A stretch of DNA of 64,000 bases from Macrostomum lignano. Its lineage: Eukaryota. How positions within the stretch are numbered: position 1 is the first letter of the stretch; each line of letters opens with the position of its first letter. Positions 44,042 to 58,508 of the stretch are shown piece after piece. A program made the position numbers and the translations under genes. The stretch lies in NCBI GenBank assembly GCA_002269645.1, contig NIVC01000244.1:328484-392483 (forward strand), in the 5' to 3' direction. The notes under the pieces were generated by a model that did not search any database, was not told the origin of the DNA, and worked only from the letters and a program-made list of their open reading frames with translations.

Positions 44042-47000
44042 ATGTCACAAGAACTACAATGTCACACAAAAGCTACAGTCACACAAGAGCTACAGTCACA
44101 CAAAAGCTACAGTGTCACACAAGAGCTACAGTGTCTCACAAGAGCTACAGTGTCACACAAGAGCTACAGTGTCTCACAAGAGCTACAGTGTCACACAAGA
44201 GCTACAGTGTCACACAAGAGATACAGTGTCACACAAGAGCTACAGTGTCACACAAGAGCTACAGCGTCTCACAAGAGCTACAGTGTCACACAAGAGATAC
44301 AGTGTCTCACAAGAGCTACGTGTCACACAAGAGCTACAGTGTCACACAAGAGCTACAGTGTCTCACAAGAGCTACAGTGTCACACAAGAGCTACAGTGTC
44401 TCACAAGAGCTACAGTGTCACACAAGAGCTACAGTGTCACACAAGAGATACAGTGTCACACAAGAGCTACAGTGTCACACAAGAGCTACAGTGTCACACA
44501 AGAGCTACAGTGTCTCACAAGAGCTACAGTGTCTCACAAGAGCTACAGTGTCACACAAGAGCTACAGTGTCACACAAGAGATACAGTGTCACACAAGAGC
44601 TACAGTGTCACACAAGAGCTACAGTGTCTCACAAGAGCTACAGTGTCACACAAGAGCTACAGTGTCACACAAGAGCTACAGTGTCACACAAGAGATACAG
44701 TGTCACACAAGAGCTACAGTGTCACACAAGAACTACAATGTCACACAAAAGCTACAGTCACACAAGAGCTACAGTCACACAAAAGCTACAGTGTCACACA
44801 AGAGCTACAGTGTCTCACAAGAGCTACAGTGTCACACAAGAGCTACAGTGTCTCACAAGAGCTACAGTGTCACACAAGAGCTACAGTGTCACACAAGAGA
44901 TACAGTGTCACACAAGAGCTACAGTGTCACACAAGAGCTACAGCGTCTCACAAGAGCTACAGTGTCACACAAGAGATACAGTGTCACACAAGAGATACAG
45001 TGTCACACAAGAGATACAGTCGCACAAGAGCTACAGTGTCACACAAGAGATACAGTGTCACACAAGAGCTACAGTGTCACACAAGAGCTACAGTGTCACA
45101 CAAGAGCTACAGTGTCTCACAAGAGCTACAGTGTCACACAAGAGCTACAGTGTCACACAAGAGCTACAGTGTCTCACAAGAGCTACAGTGTCACACAAGA
45201 GATACAGTCGCACAAGAGCTACGGTGTCACACAAGAGATACAGTCACACAAGAGCTACAGTCGCACAAGAGCTACGGTGTCACACAAGAGATACAGTCAC
45301 ACAAGAGCTACAGTGTCTCACAAGAGCTACAGTGTCACACAAGAGCTACAGTGTCTCACAAGAGCTACAGTGTCACACAAGAGCTACAGTGTCACACAAG
45401 AGCTACAGTGTCTCACAAGAGCTACAGTGTCACACAAGAGATACAGTCGCACAAGAGCTACGGTGTCACACAAGAGATACAGTCACACAAGAGCTACAGT
45501 CGCACAAGAGCTACGGTGTCACACAAGAGCTACAGTGTCACACAAGAGATACAGTCACACAAGAGCTACAGTGTCACACAAGAGCTACAGTGTCACACAA
45601 GAGCTACAGTGTCTCACAAGAGCTACAGTGTCACACAAGAGCTACAGTGTCACACAAGAGCTACAGTGTCTCACAAGAGATACAGTCACACAAGAGCTAC
45701 AGTGTCACACAAGAGCTACAGTGTCACACAAGAGCTACAGTGTCTCACAAGAGCTACAGTGTCACACAAGAGCTACAGTGTCACACAAGAGATACAGTCG
45801 CACAAGAGGTTCGGTGTCACACAAGAGCTACAGTGTCTCACAAGAGATACAGTGTCACACAAGAGATACAGTGTCACACAAGAGCTACAGTGTCTTACAA
45901 GAGCTACAGTGTCTCACAAGAGCTACAGTGTCACACAAGAGCTACAGTGTCACACAAGAGCTACAGTCACACAAGAGCTACAGTGTCTCACAAGAGCTAC
46001 AGTGTCACACAAGAGCTACAATGTCTCACAAAAGCTACAGTCACACAAGAGCTACAGTGTCACACAAGAGCTACAGTCACACAAGAGCTACAGTGTCACA
46101 CAAGAGCTACAGTGTCACACAAGAGCTACAATGTCTCACAAAAGCTACAGTCACACAAGAGCTACAGTGTCTCACAAGAGCTACAGTGTCACACAAGAGC
46201 TACAGTGTCACACAAGAGCTACAGTGTCACACAAGAGATACAGTCACACAAGAGCTACAGTGTCACACAAGAGCTACAGTGTCACACAAGAGCTACAGTG
46301 TCTCACAAGAGCTACAGTGTCACACAAGAGCTACAGTGTCACACAAGAGATACAGTCGCACAAGAGGTTCGGTGTCACACAAGAGCTACAGTGTCTCACA
46401 AGAGCTACAGTGTCACACAAGAGATACAGTGTCACACAAGAGCTACAGTGTCTCACAAGAGCTACAGTGTCACACAAGAGCTACAGTGTCTCACAAGAGC
46501 TACAGTGTCACACAAGAGCTACAGTGTCACACAAGAGATACAGTGTCACACAAGAGCTACAGTGTCACACAAGAGATACAGTCACACAAGAGCTACAGTC
46601 GCACAAGAGCTACGGTGTCACACAAGAGATACAGTGTCACACAAGAGCTACAGTGTCTCACAAGAGCTACAGTGTCTCACAAGAGCTACAGTGTCTCACA
46701 AGAGCTACAGTGTCACACAAGAGATACAGTGTCACACAAGAGCTACAGTGTCACACAAGAGCTACAGTGTCACACAAGAGCTACAGTGTCACACAAGAGC
46801 TACAGTGTCGCACAAGAGCTACAGTGTCTCACAAGAGCTACAGTGTCTCACAAGAGCTACAGTGTCTCACAAGAGATACAGTGTCACACAAGAGATACAG
46901 TGTCACACAAGAGATACAGTCGCACAAGAGCTACGGTGTCACACAAGAGATACAGTCGCACAAGAGCTACGGTGTCACACAAGAGATACAGTCGCAAAAG

Positions 47001-50000
47001 AGCTACAGTGTCACACAAGAGATACAGTCACACAAGAGCTACAGTGTCTCACAAGAGCTACAGTGTCACACAAGAGATACAGTCGCACAAGAGCTACAGT
47101 GTCACACAAGAGATACAGTCACACAAGAGCTACAGTCGCACAAGAGCTACGGTGTCACTCAAGAGATACAGTCACACAAGAGCTACAGTGTCTCACAAGA
47201 GCTACAGTGTCACACAAGAGCTACAGTGTCACACAAGAGCTACAGTGTCACACAAGAGCTACAGTGTCTCACAAGAGCTACAGTGTCACACAAGAGCTAC
47301 AGTGTCTCACAAGAGCTACAGTGTCACACAAGAGCTACAGTGTCACACAAGAGCTACAGTCACACAAGAGCTACAGTGTCTCACAAGAGCTACAGTGTCA
47401 CACAAGAGCTACAATGTCTCACAAAAGCTACAGTCACACAAGAGCTACAGTGTCACACAAGAGCTACAGTCACACAAGAGCTACAGTGTCACACAAGAGC
47501 TACAGTGTCACACAAGAGCTACAATGTCTCACAAAAGCTACAGTCACACAAGAGCTACAGTGTCTCACAAGAGCTACAGTGTCACACAAGAGCTACAGTG
47601 TCACACAAGAGCTACAGTGTCACACAAGAGATACAGTCACACAAGAGCTACAGTGTCACACAAGAGCTACAGTGTCACACAAGAGCTACAGTGTCTCACA
47701 AGAGCTACAGTGTCACACAAGAGCTACAGTGTCACACAAGAGATACAGTCGCACAAGAGGTTCGGTGTCACACAAGAGCTACAGTGTCTCACAAGAGCTA
47801 CAGTGTCACACAAGAGATACAGTGTCACACAAGAGCTACAGTGTCTCACAAGAGCTACAGTGTCTCACAAGAGCTACAGTGTCACACAAGAGCTACAGTG
47901 TCACACAAGAGCTACAGTCACACAAGAGCTACAGTGTCACACAAGAGCTACAGTGTCACACAAGAGCTACAATGTCTCACAAAAGCTACAGTCACACAAG
48001 AGCTACAGTGTCACACAAGAGCTACAGTCACACAAGAGCTACAGTGTCACACAAGAGCTACAGTGTCACACAAGAGCTACAGTGTCACACAAGAGATACA
48101 GTCGCACAAGAGGTTCGGTGTCACACAAGAGCTACAGTGTCTCACAAGAGCTACAGTGTCACACAAGAGATACAGTGTCACACAAGAGCTACAGTGTCTC
48201 ACAAGAGCTACAGTGTCTCACAAGAGCTACAGTGTCACACAAGAGCTACAGTGTCACACAAGAGATACAGTCACACAAGAGCTACAGTGTCTCACAAGAG
48301 CTACAGTGTCACACAAGAGCTACAATGTCTCACAAAAGCTACAGTCACACAAGAGCTACAGTGTCACACAAGAGCTACAGTCACACAAGAGCTACAGTGT
48401 CTCACAAGAGCTACAGTGTCACACAAGAGCTACAATGTCTCACAAAAGCTACAGTCACACAAGAGCTACAGTGTCTCACAAGAGCTACAGTGTCACACAA
48501 GAGCTACAGTGTCACACAAGAGCTACAGTGTCACACAAGAGATACAGTCACACAAGAGCTACAGTGTCACACAAGAGCTACAGTGTCACACAAGAGCTAC
48601 AGTGTCTCACAAGAGCTACAGTGTCACACAAGAGCTACAGTGTCACACAAGAGATACAGTCGCACAAGAGGTTCGGTGTCACACAAGAGCTACAGTGTCT
48701 CACAAGAGCTACAGTGTCACACAAGAGATACAGTGTCACACAAGAGCTACAGTGTCTCACAAGAGCTACAGTGTCACACAAGAGCTACAGTGTCTCACAA
48801 GAGCTACAGTGTCACACAAGAGCTACAGTGTCACACAAGAGATACAGTGTCACACAAGAGCTACAGTGTCACACAAGAGATACAGTCACACAAGAGCTAC
48901 AGTCGCACAAGAGCTACGGTGTCACACAAGAGATACAGTGTCACACAAGAGCTACAGTGTCTCACAAGAGCTACAGTGTCTCACAAGAGCTACAGTGTCT
49001 CACAAGAGCTACAGTGTCACACAAGAGATACAGTGTCACACAAGAGCTACAGTGTCACACAAGAGCTACAGTGTCACACAAGAGCTACAGTGTCACACAA
49101 GAGCTACAGTGTCGCACAAGAGCTACAGTGTCTCACAAGAGCTACAGTGTCTCACAAGAGCTACAGTGTCTCACAAGAGATACAGTGTCACACAAGAGAT
49201 ACAGTGTCACACAAGAGATACAGTCGCACAAGAGCTACGGTGTCACACAAGAGATACAGTCGCAAAAGAGCTACAGTGTCACACAAGAGATACAGTCACA
49301 CAAGAGCTACAGTGTCTCACAAGAGCTACAGTGTCACACAAGAGATACAGTCGCACAAGAGCTACAGTGTCACACAAGAGATACAGTCACACAAGAGCTA
49401 CAGTCGCACAAGAGCTACGTGTCACACAAGAGATACAGTCACACAAGAGCTACAGTGTCTCACAAGAGCTACAGTGTCACACAAGAGCTACAGTGTCACA
49501 CAAGAGCTACAGTGTCACACAAGAGCTACAGTGTCTCACAAGAGCTACAGTGTCACACAAGAGCTACAGTGTCTCACAAGAGCTACAGTGTCACACAAGA
49601 GCTACAGTGTCACACAAGAGCTACAGTCACACAAGAGCTACAGTGTCTCACAAGAGCTACAGTGTCACACAAGAGCTACAATGTCTCACAAAAGCTACAG
49701 TCACACAAGAGCTACAGTGTCACACAAGAGCTACAGTCACACAAGAGCTACAGTGTCACACAAGAGCTACAGTGTCACACAAGAGCTACAATGTCTCACA
49801 AAAGCTACAGTCACACAAGAGCTACAGTGTCTCACAAGAGCTACAGTGTCACACAAGAGCTACAGTGTCACACAAGAGCTACAGTGTCACACAAGAGATA
49901 CAGTCACACAAGAGCTACAGTGTCACACAAGAGCTACAGTGTCACACAAGAGCTACAGTGTCTCACAAGAGCTACAGTGTCACACAAGAGCTACAGTGTC

Positions 50001-53000
50001 ACACAAGAGATACAGTCGCACAAGAGGTTCGGTGTCACACAAGAGCTACAGTGTCTCACAAGAGCTACAGTGTCACACAAGAGATACAGTGTCACACAAG
50101 AGCTACAGTGTCTCACAAGAGCTACAGTGTCACACAAGAGCTACAGTGTCACACAAGAGCTACAGTGTCACACAAGAGCTACAGTCACACAAGAGCTACA
50201 GTGTCTCACAAGAGCTACAGTGTCACACAAGAGCTACAATGTCTCACAAAAGCTACAGTCACACAAGAGCTACAGTGTCACACAAGAGCTACAGTCACAC
50301 AAGAGCTACAGTGTCACACAAGAGCTACAGTGTCACACAAGAGCTACAATGTCTCACAAAAGCTACAGTCACACAAGAGCTACAGTGTCTCACAAGAGCT
50401 ACAGTGTCACACAAGAGCTACAGTGTCACACAAGAGCTACAGTGTCACACAAGAGATACAGTCACACAAGAGCTACAGTGTCACACAAGAGCTACAGTGT
50501 CACACAAGAGCTACAGTGTCTCACAAGAGCTACAGTGTCACACAAGAGCTACAGTGTCACACAAGAGATACAGTCGCACAAGAGGTTCGGTGTCACACAA
50601 GAGCTACAGTGTCTCACAAGAGCTACAGTGTCACACAAGAGATACAGTGTCACACAAGAGCTACAGTGTCTCACAAGAGCTACAGTGTCACACAAGAGCT
50701 ACAGTGTCTCACAAGAGCTACAGTGTCACACAAGAGCTACAGTGTCACACAAGAGATACAGTGTCACACAAGAGCTACAGTGTCACACAAGAGATACAGT
50801 CACACAAGAGCTACAGTCGCACAAGAGCTACGGTGTCACACAAGAGATACAGTGTCACACAAGAGCTACAGTGTCTCACAAGAGCTACAGTGTCTCACAA
50901 GAGCTACAGTGTCTCACAAGAGCTACAGTGTCACACAAGAGATACAGTGTCACACAAGAGCTACAGTGTCACACAAGAGCTACAGTGTCACACAAGAGCT
51001 ACAGTGTCACACAAGAGCTACAGTGTCGCACAAGAGCTACAGTGTCTCACAAGAGCTACAGTGTCTCACAAGAGCTACAGTGTCTCACAAGAGATACAGT
51101 GTCACACAAGAGATACAGTGTCACACAAGAGATACAGTCGCACAAGAGCTACGGTGTCACACAAGAGATACAGTCGCACAAGAGCTACGGTGTCACACAA
51201 GAGATACAGTCGCAAAAGAGCTACAGTGTCACACAAGAGATACAGTCACACAAGAGCTACAGTGTCTCACAAGAGCTACAGTGTCACACAAGAGCTACAG
51301 TGTCTCACAAGAGCTACAGTGTCACACAAGAGATACAGTCGCACAAGAGCTACAGTGTCACACAAGAGATACAGTCACACAAGAGCTACAGTCGCACAAG
51401 AGCTACGGTGTCACACAAGAGATACAGTCACACAAGAGCTACAGTGTCTCACAAGAGCTACAGTGTCACACAAGAGCTACAGTGTCACACAAGAGCTACA
51501 GTGTCACACAAGAGCTACAGTGTCTCACAAGAGCTACAGTGTCACACAAGAGCTACAGTGTCTCACAAGAGCTACAGTGTCACACAAGAGCTACAGTGTC
51601 ACACAAGAGCTACAGTCACACAAGAGCTACAGTGTCTCACAAGAGCTACAGTGTCACACAAGAGCTACAATGTCTCACAAAAGCTACAGTCACACAAGAG
51701 CTACAGTGTCACACAAGAGCTACAGTCACACAAGAGCTACAGTGTCACACAAGAGCTACAGTGTCACACAAGAGCTACAATGTCTCACAAAAGCTACAGT
51801 CACACAAGAGCTACAGTGTCACACAAGAGCTACAGTGTCACACAAGAGATACAGTCACACAAGAGCTACAGTGTCACACAAGAGCTACAGTGTCACACAA
51901 GAGCTACAGTGTCTCACAAGAGCTACAGTGTCACAAAAGAGCTACAGTGTCACACAAGAGATACAGTCACACAAGAGGTTCGGTGTCACACAAGAGCTAC
52001 AGTGTCTCACAAGAGCTACAGTGTCACACAAGAGATACAGTGTCACACAAGAGCTACAGTGTCTCACAAGAGCTACAGTGTCACACAAGAGCTACAGTGT
52101 CTCACAAGAGCTACAGTGTCACACAAGAGCTACAGTGTCACACAAGAGATACAGTGTCACACAAGAGCTACAGTGTCACACAAGAGATACAGTCACACAA
52201 GAGCTACAGTCGCACAAGAGCTACAGTGTCACACAAGAGATACAGTGTCACACAAGAGCTACAGTGTCTCACAAGAGCTACAGTGTCTCACAAGAGCTAC
52301 AGTGTCTCACAAGAGCTACAGTGTCACACAAGAGATACAGTGTCACACAAGAGCTACAGTGTCACACAAGAGCTACAGTGTCACACAAGAGCTACAGTGT
52401 CACACAAGAGCTACAGTGTCGCACAAGAGCTACAGTGTCTCACAAGAGCTACAGTGTCTCACAAGAGCTACAGTGTCTCACAAGAGATACAGTGTCACAC
52501 AAGAGATACAGTGTCACACAAGAGATACAGTCGCACAAGAGCTACGGTGTCACACAAGAGATACAGTCGCACAAGAGCTACGGTGTCACACAAGAGATAC
52601 AGTCGCAAAAGAGCTACAGTGTCACACAAGAGATACAGTCACACAAGAGCTACAGTGTCTCACAAGAGCTACAGTGTCACACAAGAGCTACAGTGTCACA
52701 CAAGAGCTACAGTGTCACACAAGAGCTACAGTGTCACACAAGAGCTACAGTGTCACACAAGAGCTACAGCGTCTCACAAGAGCTACAGTGTCTCACAAGA
52801 GCTACAGTGTCACACAAGAGATACAGTCACACAAGAGCTACAGTGTCTCACAAGAGCTACAGTGTCACACAAGAGATACAGTGTCACACAAAAGCTACAG
52901 TCACACAAGAGCTACAGTGTCTCACAAAAGCTACAGTGTCACACAAGAGCTCCAGTGTCACACAAGAGCTACAGTGTCACACAAGAGCTACAGTGTCTCA

Positions 53001-56000
53001 CAAGAGCTACAGTCGCACAAGAGCTACGGTGTCACACAAGAGATACAGTCACACAAGAGCTACAGTGTCACACAAGAGCTACAGTGTCTCACAAGAGCTA
53101 CAGTCGCACAAGAGATACAGTGTCACACAAGAGCTACAGTGTCACACAAGAGCTACAGTGTCTCACAAGAGCTACAGTGTCACACAAGAGCTACAGTGTC
53201 ACACAAGAGATACAGTGTCACACAAGAGCTACAGTGTCACACAAGAGATACAGTCACACAAGAGCTACAGTCGCACAAGAGCTACAGTGTCACACAAGAG
53301 ATACAGTGTCACACAAGAGCTACAGTGTCTCACAAGAGCTACAGTGTCTCACAAGAGCTACAGTGTCTCACAAGAGCTACAGTGTCACACAAGAGATACA
53401 GTGTCACACAAGAGCTACAGTGTCACACAAGAGCTACAGTGTCACACAAGAGCTACAGTGTCACACAAGAGCTACAGTGTCGCACAAGAGCTACAGTGTC
53501 TCACAAGAGCTACAGTGTCTCACAAGAGCTACAGTGTCTCACAAGAGATACAGTGTCACACAAGAGATACAGTGTCACACAAGAGATACAGTCGCACAAG
53601 AGCTACGGTGTCACACAAGAGATACAGTCGCACAAGAGCTACGGTGTCACACAAGAGATACAGTCGCAAAAGAGCTACAGTGTCACACAAGAGATACAGT
53701 CACACAAGAGCTACAGTGTCTCACAAGAGCTACAGTGTCACACAAGAGATACAGTCGCACAAGAGCTACAGTGTCACACAAGAGCTACAGTGTCACACAA
53801 GAGCTACAGTGTCACACAAGAGCTACAGCGTCTCACAAGAGCTACAGTGTCTCACAAGAGCTACAGTGTCACACAAGAGATACAGTCACACAAGAGCTAC
53901 AGTGTCTCACAAGAGCTACAGTGTCACACAAGAGATACAGTGTCACACAAAAGCTACAGTCACACAAGAGCTACAGTGTCTCACAAAAGCTACAGTGTCA
54001 CACAAGAGCTCCAGTGTCACACAAGAGCTACAGTGTCACACAAGAGCTACAGTGTCTCACAAGAGCTACAGTCGCACAAGAGCTACGGTGTCACACAAGA
54101 GATACAGTCACACAAGAGCTACAGTGTCACACAAGAGCTACAGTGTCTCACAAGAGCTACAGTCGCACAAGAGATACAGTGTCACACAAGAGCTACAGTG
54201 TCACACAAGAGCTACAGTGTCTCACAAGAGCTACAGTGTCACACAAGAGCTACAGTCACACAAGAGCTACAGTGTCACACAAGAGATACAGTCACACAAG
54301 AGCTACAGTGTCACACAAGAGCTACAGTGTCTCACAAGAGCTACAGTCGCACAAGAGATACAGTCACACAAGAGCTACAGTGTCACACAAGAGCTACAGT
54401 GTCTCACAAGAGCTACAGTGTCACACAAGAGCTACAGTCACACAAGAGCTACAGTGTCACACAAGAGCTACAGTGTCACACAAGAGCTACAGTGTCTCAC
54501 AAGAGCTACAGTGTCACACAAGAGCTACAGTCACACAAGAGCTACAGTGTCACACAAGAGCTACAGTGTCACACAAGAGCTACAGTGTCTCACAAGAGCT
54601 ACAGTGTCTCACAAGAGCTACAGTGTCACACAAGAGCTACAGTGTCACACAAGAGCTACAGTGTCTCACAAGAGCTACAGTGTCACACAAGAGATACAGT
54701 CGCACAAGAGCTACGGTGTCACACAAGAGATACAGTCGCACAAGAGCTACAGTGTCACACAAGAGATACAGTCACACAAGAGCTACAGTCGCACAAGAGC
54801 TACGGTGTCACACAAGAGATACAGTCACACAAGAGCTACAGTGTCTCACAAGAGCTACAGTGTCACACAAGAGCTACAGTGTCTCACAAGAGCTACAGTG
54901 TCTCACAAGAGCTACAGTGTCACACAAGAGCTACAGTGTCACGCAAGAGCTACAGTGTCACACAAGAGCTACAGTGTCACACAAGAGATACAGTGTCACA
55001 CAAGAGCTACAGTCACACAAGAGCTACAGTGTCTCACAAGAGCTACAGTGTCACACAAGAGCTACAGTGTCTCACAAGAGCTACAGTGTCACACAAGAGC
55101 TACAGTCACACAAGAGCTACAGTGTCACACAAGAGCTACAGTGTCACACAAGAGCTACAGTGTCACACAAGAGCTATCATGTCTCACAAGAGCTACAGTG
55201 TCACACAAGAGCTACAGTGTCACACAAGAGATACAGTCGCACAAGAGCTACGGTGTCACACAAGAGCTACAGTGTCTCACAAGAGCTACAGTGTCACACA
55301 AGAGATACAGTGTCACACAAGAGCTACAGTGTCTCACAAGAGCTACAGTGTCTCACAAGAGCTACAGTGTCACACAAGAGATACAGTCGCACAAGAGCTT
55401 CAGTGTCACACAAGAGATACAGTCACACAAGAGCTACAGTCGCACAAGAGCTACGGTGTCACACTAGAGATACAGTCACACAAGAGCTACAGTGTCTCAC
55501 AAGAGCTACAGTGTCACACAAGAGCTACAGTGTCTCACAAGAGCTACAGTGTCTCACAAGAGCTACAGTGTCACACAAGAGCTACAGTGTCACACAAGAG
55601 ATACAGTGTCACACAAGAGCTACAGTGTCACACAAGAGCTACAGTGTCACACAAGAGATACAGTGTCTCACAAGAGCTACAGTGTCACACAAGAGCTACA
55701 GTCACACAAGAGCTACAGTGTCACACAAGAGCTACAGTGTCACACAAGAGCTACAGTGTCACACAAGAGCTACAGTGTCACACAAGAGCTACAGTGTCAC
55801 ACAAGAGCTACAGTGTCACACAAGAGCTACAGTGTCTCACAAGAGCTACAGTGTCACACAAGAGCTACAGTGTCACACAAGAGCTACAGTGTCTCACAAG
55901 AGCTACAGTGTCACACAAGAGATACAGTGTCACACAAGAGCTACAGTGTCTCACAAGAGCTACAGTGTCACACAAGAGCTACAGTGTCACACAAGAGCTA

Positions 56001-56108
56001 CAGTGTCACACAAGAGCTACAGTGTCACACAAGAGCTACAGTGTCTCACAAGAGCTACAGTCGCACAAGAGCTACAGTCACACAAGAGATACAGTCGCAC
56101 AAGAGCTA
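44042..56108 (+). repeat. ~12-kb satellite of 19-bp (TGTCACACAAGAGCTACAG) and 17-bp monomers, ~650 copies
   Basis: Direct reading; a small set of variant monomers recurs; accounts for the 3800-4072-aa ORFs. Confidence 0.98.
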
Positions 56109-56566
56109 TACATTAAAAATCAAGATAGAACTCACCTAACGAAATGCCTTGAAATATTCCTACCAGAACTTCAGGAAAATTTGACCCAACAGTAAAATCA
56201 ACTCAACAGTAAAAGATCAATTGTCTCTATTTCTTAACTACTTGCACAGTCTAAAACTAAGGTACCGCTAATACTGAAACCAGACAAACTGCACCCATTG
56301 GCTGCTCCACGCCCATACCAATAAGAGCTGTGACAGCTAGAAGCTGAAACCTGGCTCACAATTGACAAAAGCTCAGGAGTTACTCCTACGAATGTTGGCA
56401 CTATTAAGCTATGACAGCTGAAGTGCAAGCACGAATTGAATACGGGACCTTCATGGCTGGGGGTTTTCTATTTATATAGACTGAGTCATAGAGTCCTTGA
56501 GTCAACTTCAATTTAAAGAAATCGTAAAAGCACCATACTGCAACCCATGTTGGACTGTTCAGATCT

Positions 56567-57223
56567 GGGGCGCTGCTCAGGGGGCGCTGCTCAGGGGGGG
56601 GCTGCTCAGGGGGAGCTGCTCAGGGGGAGCTGCTCAGGGGGAGCTGCTCAGGGGAGCTGCTCAGGGGGAGCTGCTCAGGGGGAGCTGCTCAGGGGGCTGC
56701 TCAGGGGGGGCTGCTCAGGGGGCGCTGCTCAGGGGGCGCTGCTCAGGGGGCTGCTCAGGGGAGCTGCTCAGGGGGGCTGCTCAGGGGGCGCTGCTCAGGG
56801 GGGGCTGCTCAGGGGCGCTGCTCAGGGGGGGCTGCTCAGGGGCGCTGCTCAGTGGGCGCTGCTCAGGGGGGCTGCTCAGGGGAGCTGCTCAGGGGGGGGG
56901 CTGCTCAGGGGCGCTGCTCAGGGGGGCTGCTCAGGGGGCGCTGCTCAGGGGGGGGCTGCTCAGGGGGCGCTGCTCAGGGGGGCTGCTCAGGGGGGCTGCT
57001 CAGGGGGAGCTGCTCAGGGGGGTGCTCAGGGGGCTGCTCAGGGGGGGGCTGCTCAGGGGGAGCTGCTCAACGGAGAGGCTGCTGAGGGTGAGCCGCTCAG
57101 GGGAGCTGCTCAGGGGAGCTGCTCAACGGGGAGCTGCTCAGGGGGAGCTGCTCAGGGGAACTTGCTCAGGGAAAGCTGCTCAGGGGGAGCTGCTCAGAGG
57201 GATTCAGAGGAGCTGCTCAGGGG
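56567..57223 (+). repeat. G-rich minisatellite GCTGCTCA(G)4-8, ~45 copies
   Basis: Direct reading; G-run length varies between units. Confidence 0.95.
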
Positions 57224-57733
57224 TGCATTCGAGTCAGTATAAGACAATTACAGGCGATTCCAAAATGCTCAATTTGCTGGAGTCACTCTAGCGAAACAAC
57301 TCACTAATGCCATAAAAAATCCTATTAGGCTAGGCCCGGGGGGCCATGACTCCAGCTCTGCTCAAACAGACAATTATGGAGAGTGCGACTGACCTCATGC
57401 CGCCCCGCCTAGCACTGCAGAACCAAGCGCAAAATGCCTTCACAATACGATAAGGAAAACCGTAGAGGTCTGGACCCCCCCCCCCAATTTTCCACAGCTG
57501 TTTTTACCGGGTACCGGCGCCCCCCAGAAGAAACACAAAGAGGCTCAGCCAAGAAAGTCTTGAACGAGAATCTGGAGTGGGAAACTCTTCCCCAACCCCC
57601 AACCCTATTTTTAGACACCATGCAAGCTTAGCAAGGTAAAACTGGGTGTCATTTTAATGTTGAAAAATTAACTGTATTCTAGAGCGAAGTTTAACTAATT
57701 CAAAACTTTTGAGGCTTTAATTGAGGTTTAACC

Positions 57734-58063
57734 AATAATAATAATCATAATTATAATCATAATTGATTACACCTGCCCCAATGGCCAGATGTGCAACCGA
57801 CAGCTCAGCCGCAGCTATTGCGCGGAGCATCTGAAGGCTGCGTACGGCTGTTCAGTCCAAGGACTGGCCGGGGGTCGCCATGCACACACACAGCCTCAAT
57901 TACCCCAGCTAATGCTGGTGCCCATTTTACAACTGAGTGAGCTGAAGCAATGCAGAGTTAAGTGTCGTGCTCAAGGACACAAACTGTTCCGAGTGGGGCG
58001 AGAATCGAACCCCCGACCTTTCTGTCGTGAGTTCGACGTTCTAACCATTAGGCTACAACCCCC
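57734..58063 (-). mobile_element. tRNA-derived CORE-like SINE, copy 3 (most complete)
   Basis: Minus strand reads GGGGGTTGTAGCCTAATGGTTAG..CTCACGA..GGTTCGATTCTC, then the CORE-like block, the shared body and an (ATT)n tail. Confidence 0.88.
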
Positions 58064-58508
58064 GGTAACCAAACAATGACTCAGAAATTCGTGTTTTTGT
58101 GTTTTTAAACTGAACAACTGCAGTCAGACAGAAAATGGAGCTGCTGGGACGAATGGCTGCTCCAGGTTCTGGTTCTGGGTCTTCTTGGCTGAGCGGACCG
58201 CATAAGACAAAGCTGTGGCCTCTAGCGCTAGCTCTGTTTACAGTATTAACAGGTGGACAAGGGATTTAGTAGCTGCGCCCTCTAGAGGTCCCGCCCAGAG
58301 AGTCGTCAGCCTAAATCACCACAGCTGCGTTGCTGCGGCCAGACAAAAGCCCAGCCTGTTACAGCAGATCAGCTAGCTGTAGCCCAGCCCTCCTTGTCAT
58401 GATTCAAGACCTAAGTTTAGCTGTCTGACTCATCTGGCGGTCTCTTGGAGCCAGCGAATAGAGAACAATAAGCTGGCAGTGGACTGATTCTATAACTGCG
58501 ACTTATTA

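Noticed and set aside
43977-56195. 3802-4072-aa ORFs as giant proteins
   Set aside because: All three + frames give the same peptide because the 19/17-bp monomers lack stop codons on that strand; this is a satellite artefact.
56497-57291. Gly/Ala-rich structural protein ORFs
   Set aside because: Translation of the G-rich minisatellite.
57990-58063. Functional tRNA gene (also 24413 and 10477)
   Set aside because: The acceptor and anticodon stems do not pair, and the sequences continue into SINE or Helitron bodies.
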